From: Gammaproteobacteria bacterium
GTDB lineage: Bacteria > Pseudomonadota > Gammaproteobacteria > UBA4575
Reading direction: 5' to 3'
NCBI GenBank assembly: GCA_965221955.1
Contig: CBDCTA010000029.1
Span: 512,001-576,000 of the forward strand
Length of the DNA: 64,000 nucleotides
Position 1 is the first letter of the stretch. Every line of letters starts with the position of its first letter. The notes beneath the pieces are model-generated. The model was not told the DNA's origin. It worked only from the letters and a program-made list of their open reading frames with translations, and made no database searches. The position numbers and the translations under genes are program-made. Of the stretch, positions 62,175 to 64,000 are shown in pieces.

Positions 62175-62202
62175 TAAACGAATTAGATGAGGTAAAGGGT
62201 TA
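62175..62202 (-). promoter_or_regulatory. Putative autoregulatory ECF promoter
   Basis: Minus strand TAACCC-N16-CGTTTA upstream of the sigma gene (AAC/CGT ECF pattern). Confidence 0.6.
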
Positions 62203-62285
62203 GGTGCTATATAAATTGAATTCTAAAAATGAGCTATAAAAGAGTACATATACCGTTGATCGGCGAAGCTTGCTAGGATTCATTA

Positions 62286-63440
62286 ATGACAAAGTGCAAG
62301 GTATCTACACGTTTACGGCAAGTTAACGCATTTCATGTGATGAGCTTAATGGCTGAAGCTAAAAAGCTTGACGCGCAAGGGCGCCAAGTCATTCATATGG
62401 AGATGGGTGAACCCGATTTCTCTACTCCGCAGCCAATTATTGATGCAGGCATTCGAACTTTACAATCGGGTATTACGCAATACACACCTACATTAGGTTT
62501 ACCTGCATTACGTGAGGCGATAGCTGAGTTCTATTCAAAAGAATACCAAGTTGCGGTTGAAGCTGAGCAAATCATTATTACACCTGGCTCCGCTTCGGGA
62601 TTACAACTCGTGTTGAATTTAATGGTTTCTGAAGGAGATACAGTAGCTTTTGCAGATCCTGCTTATCCCAGCACACATAATTTAGTGCGTTTATTAGGTG
62701 GCAAAGTTTTACAGATCCCAGTGCACGAAGGCTCGATGTGGCAGCTTACTGCTGAAATACTTGAAGAAAATTGGAATGATTCCATTAATGCAGTGTTATT
62801 GGCGAGCCCTTCAAATCCTACTGGAACTATTCTTGATGATATGCAATTGCAAAAAATCGCAGATTTTTGCGAGTCTAAAGGCGTGTTTTTGTTAATGGAT
62901 GAAATTTATCACGGTTTAGTTTATGCACAGGCACCAAAAACAGCAGCAGGCTTAAACGATAATACTTTTGTGATTAATAGTTTTTCAAAGTTTTATGGTA
63001 TGACAGGTTGGCGAGTAGGTTGGATTGTTTCGCCCAAAGCGTATTTAGATGATGTAAATAAACTCGCACAGCATACTTTTTTGGCAGCACCTACATTAGG
63101 CCAACATGCAGCTCTGGCTGCATTTCAAGATGATGCGCAAAAAATTCTTATTCAGAGAAGAGATGAATTCAAGCTGCGGCGTGATTATCTGTATCAAGCA
63201 TTATTAGATTTGGGTTTTGAGATACCGGTTAAACCAGAAGGTGCATTTTATATTTATGCTGATTGCACAGCATTTACTCAAGACAGTTATGAATTTGCAA
63301 CTAAAGCGTTACAAGAAAAGTATGTTGCATTTACACCAGGTATAGATTTTGGAGAAGCTGGAGCAAAACAACATGTGCGTTTTGCCTATACTACTAATCT
63401 TGAAAACTTAAAAATAGGTATGCAGCGGCTTGCTGAGTGA
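62286..63440 (+). CDS. Class I/II PLP-dependent aminotransferase
   Basis: GEPDF, SP.NPTG, DEIY, SFSK.YGMTGWRVG, GAFY. Confidence 0.93.
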   Translation: MTKCKVSTRLRQVNAFHVMSLMAEAKKLDAQGRQVIHMEMGEPDFSTPQPIIDAGIRTLQSGITQYTPTLGLPALREAIAEFYSKEYQVAVEAEQIIITPGSASGLQLVLNLMVSEGDTVAFADPAYPSTHNLVRLLGGKVLQIPVHEGSMWQLTAEILEENWNDSINAVLLASPSNPTGTILDDMQLQKIADFCESKGVFLLMDEIYHGLVYAQAPKTAAGLNDNTFVINSFSKFYGMTGWRVGWIVSPKAYLDDVNKLAQHTFLAAPTLGQHAALAAFQDDAQKILIQRRDEFKLRRDYLYQALLDLGFEIPVKPEGAFYIYADCTAFTQDSYEFATKALQEKYVAFTPGIDFGEAGAKQHVRFAYTTNLENLKIGMQRLAE

Positions 63441-63611
63441 GCACAAGAATGTGCGAATATGAAGTCTATCAAGGATGATGCAACAGATTAAAGTTAGGTT
63501 GGCTAATTTTTCAGACATAACCGTTATTGGTTTTACGGAAATTTTGAAATCTCTAAACTTTAATCTGTAACAGCATTCATGTGGTTTAGTCACATTCGCA
63601 CATTTCTACGC

Positions 63612-63821
63612 TTACATCGCAAGTGATGAGTTGTGATACAAAGTAGAAGCTTTCTTGCAAAGAGTTTTGCGAACTTCTTCTTGATATTGGTCTTCAAAAC
63701 GTGGGATTTGTGAAGCAGCAGTCATGAGGTACCACAATCCATTGCGTTGCTTCATAAAATAAGAAACAAGCTTATTTGCTTCTCGTTTTGCTCTGGCGAG
63801 CATGAGTTCGTCCTGCATCAT
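63612..63821 (-). CDS. Small hypothetical protein
   Basis: 69-aa ORF with strong AGGAGG SD. Confidence 0.55.
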   Translation of the reverse strand: MMQDELMLARAKREANKLVSYFMKQRNGLWYLMTAASQIPRFEDQYQEEVRKTLCKKASTLYHNSSLAM

Positions 63822-64000
63822 TCGCCTCCTTATTTGAGGAATGACTACTACACCATTGTGTGCCTAATAATTAATGTATGAAGACAACACATTGATTAGT
63901 GGTGCTAAATCCCTTAATCAAAGGCACAATAACAGTCATCTAACTATTACTAATTAGAGTGGAAAAAATAAAATTGGTTCCGCTTAATACGGTTGAGGAC

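Noticed and set aside
63438-63491. TGA read-through or selenocysteine at the aminotransferase end (frame stays open 16 more codons)
   Set aside because: The protein is already full length for its family, no SECIS-like hairpin is evident, and a TGG-to-TGA change near the end would be trivial

Overview
Chromosomal segment of an AT-rich (roughly 40% GC, estimated by eye) gammaproteobacterium. Most of it is conserved housekeeping synteny: hfq-hflXKC-hisZ-purA, rnr-rlmB-rpsF-rpsR-rplI-dnaB-alr, queA-tgt-yajC-secDF, suhB/trmJ-iscRSUA-hscBA-fdx-iscX and ndk-rlmN-pilW-rodZ-hisS-yfgM-bamB-der. There are two tRNAs (Arg-CCT, Leu-CAA) and accessory patches at about 18-30 kb and 52.6-62 kb. No CRISPR array, transposase or integrase was seen. 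The most unusual content is: (1) five copies of a 125-150 bp terminal-inverted-repeat palindromic element in intergenic spaces between 36.3 and 55 kb. One copy has grown to 250 bp by taking up 50-70 bp cassettes, and those cassettes also nest in each other and show GGA motifs in hairpin loops like CsrA/RsmA sites; one such array starts right behind a sigma-54-like promoter. (2) A three-gene operon behind a CRP-type box, encoding a coiled-coil protein, a longin/roadblock-like + TM + OmpA protein, and a GGDEF/degenerate-EAL protein. (3) An Xre/RES toxin-antitoxin pair split by one of the elements, and ispG missing from its usual locus, which a composite element now occupies. Three single-base insertions (one in iscS, two in the transglutaminase gene) look like sequencing errors. 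All family assignments come from motif recognition, not database searches.
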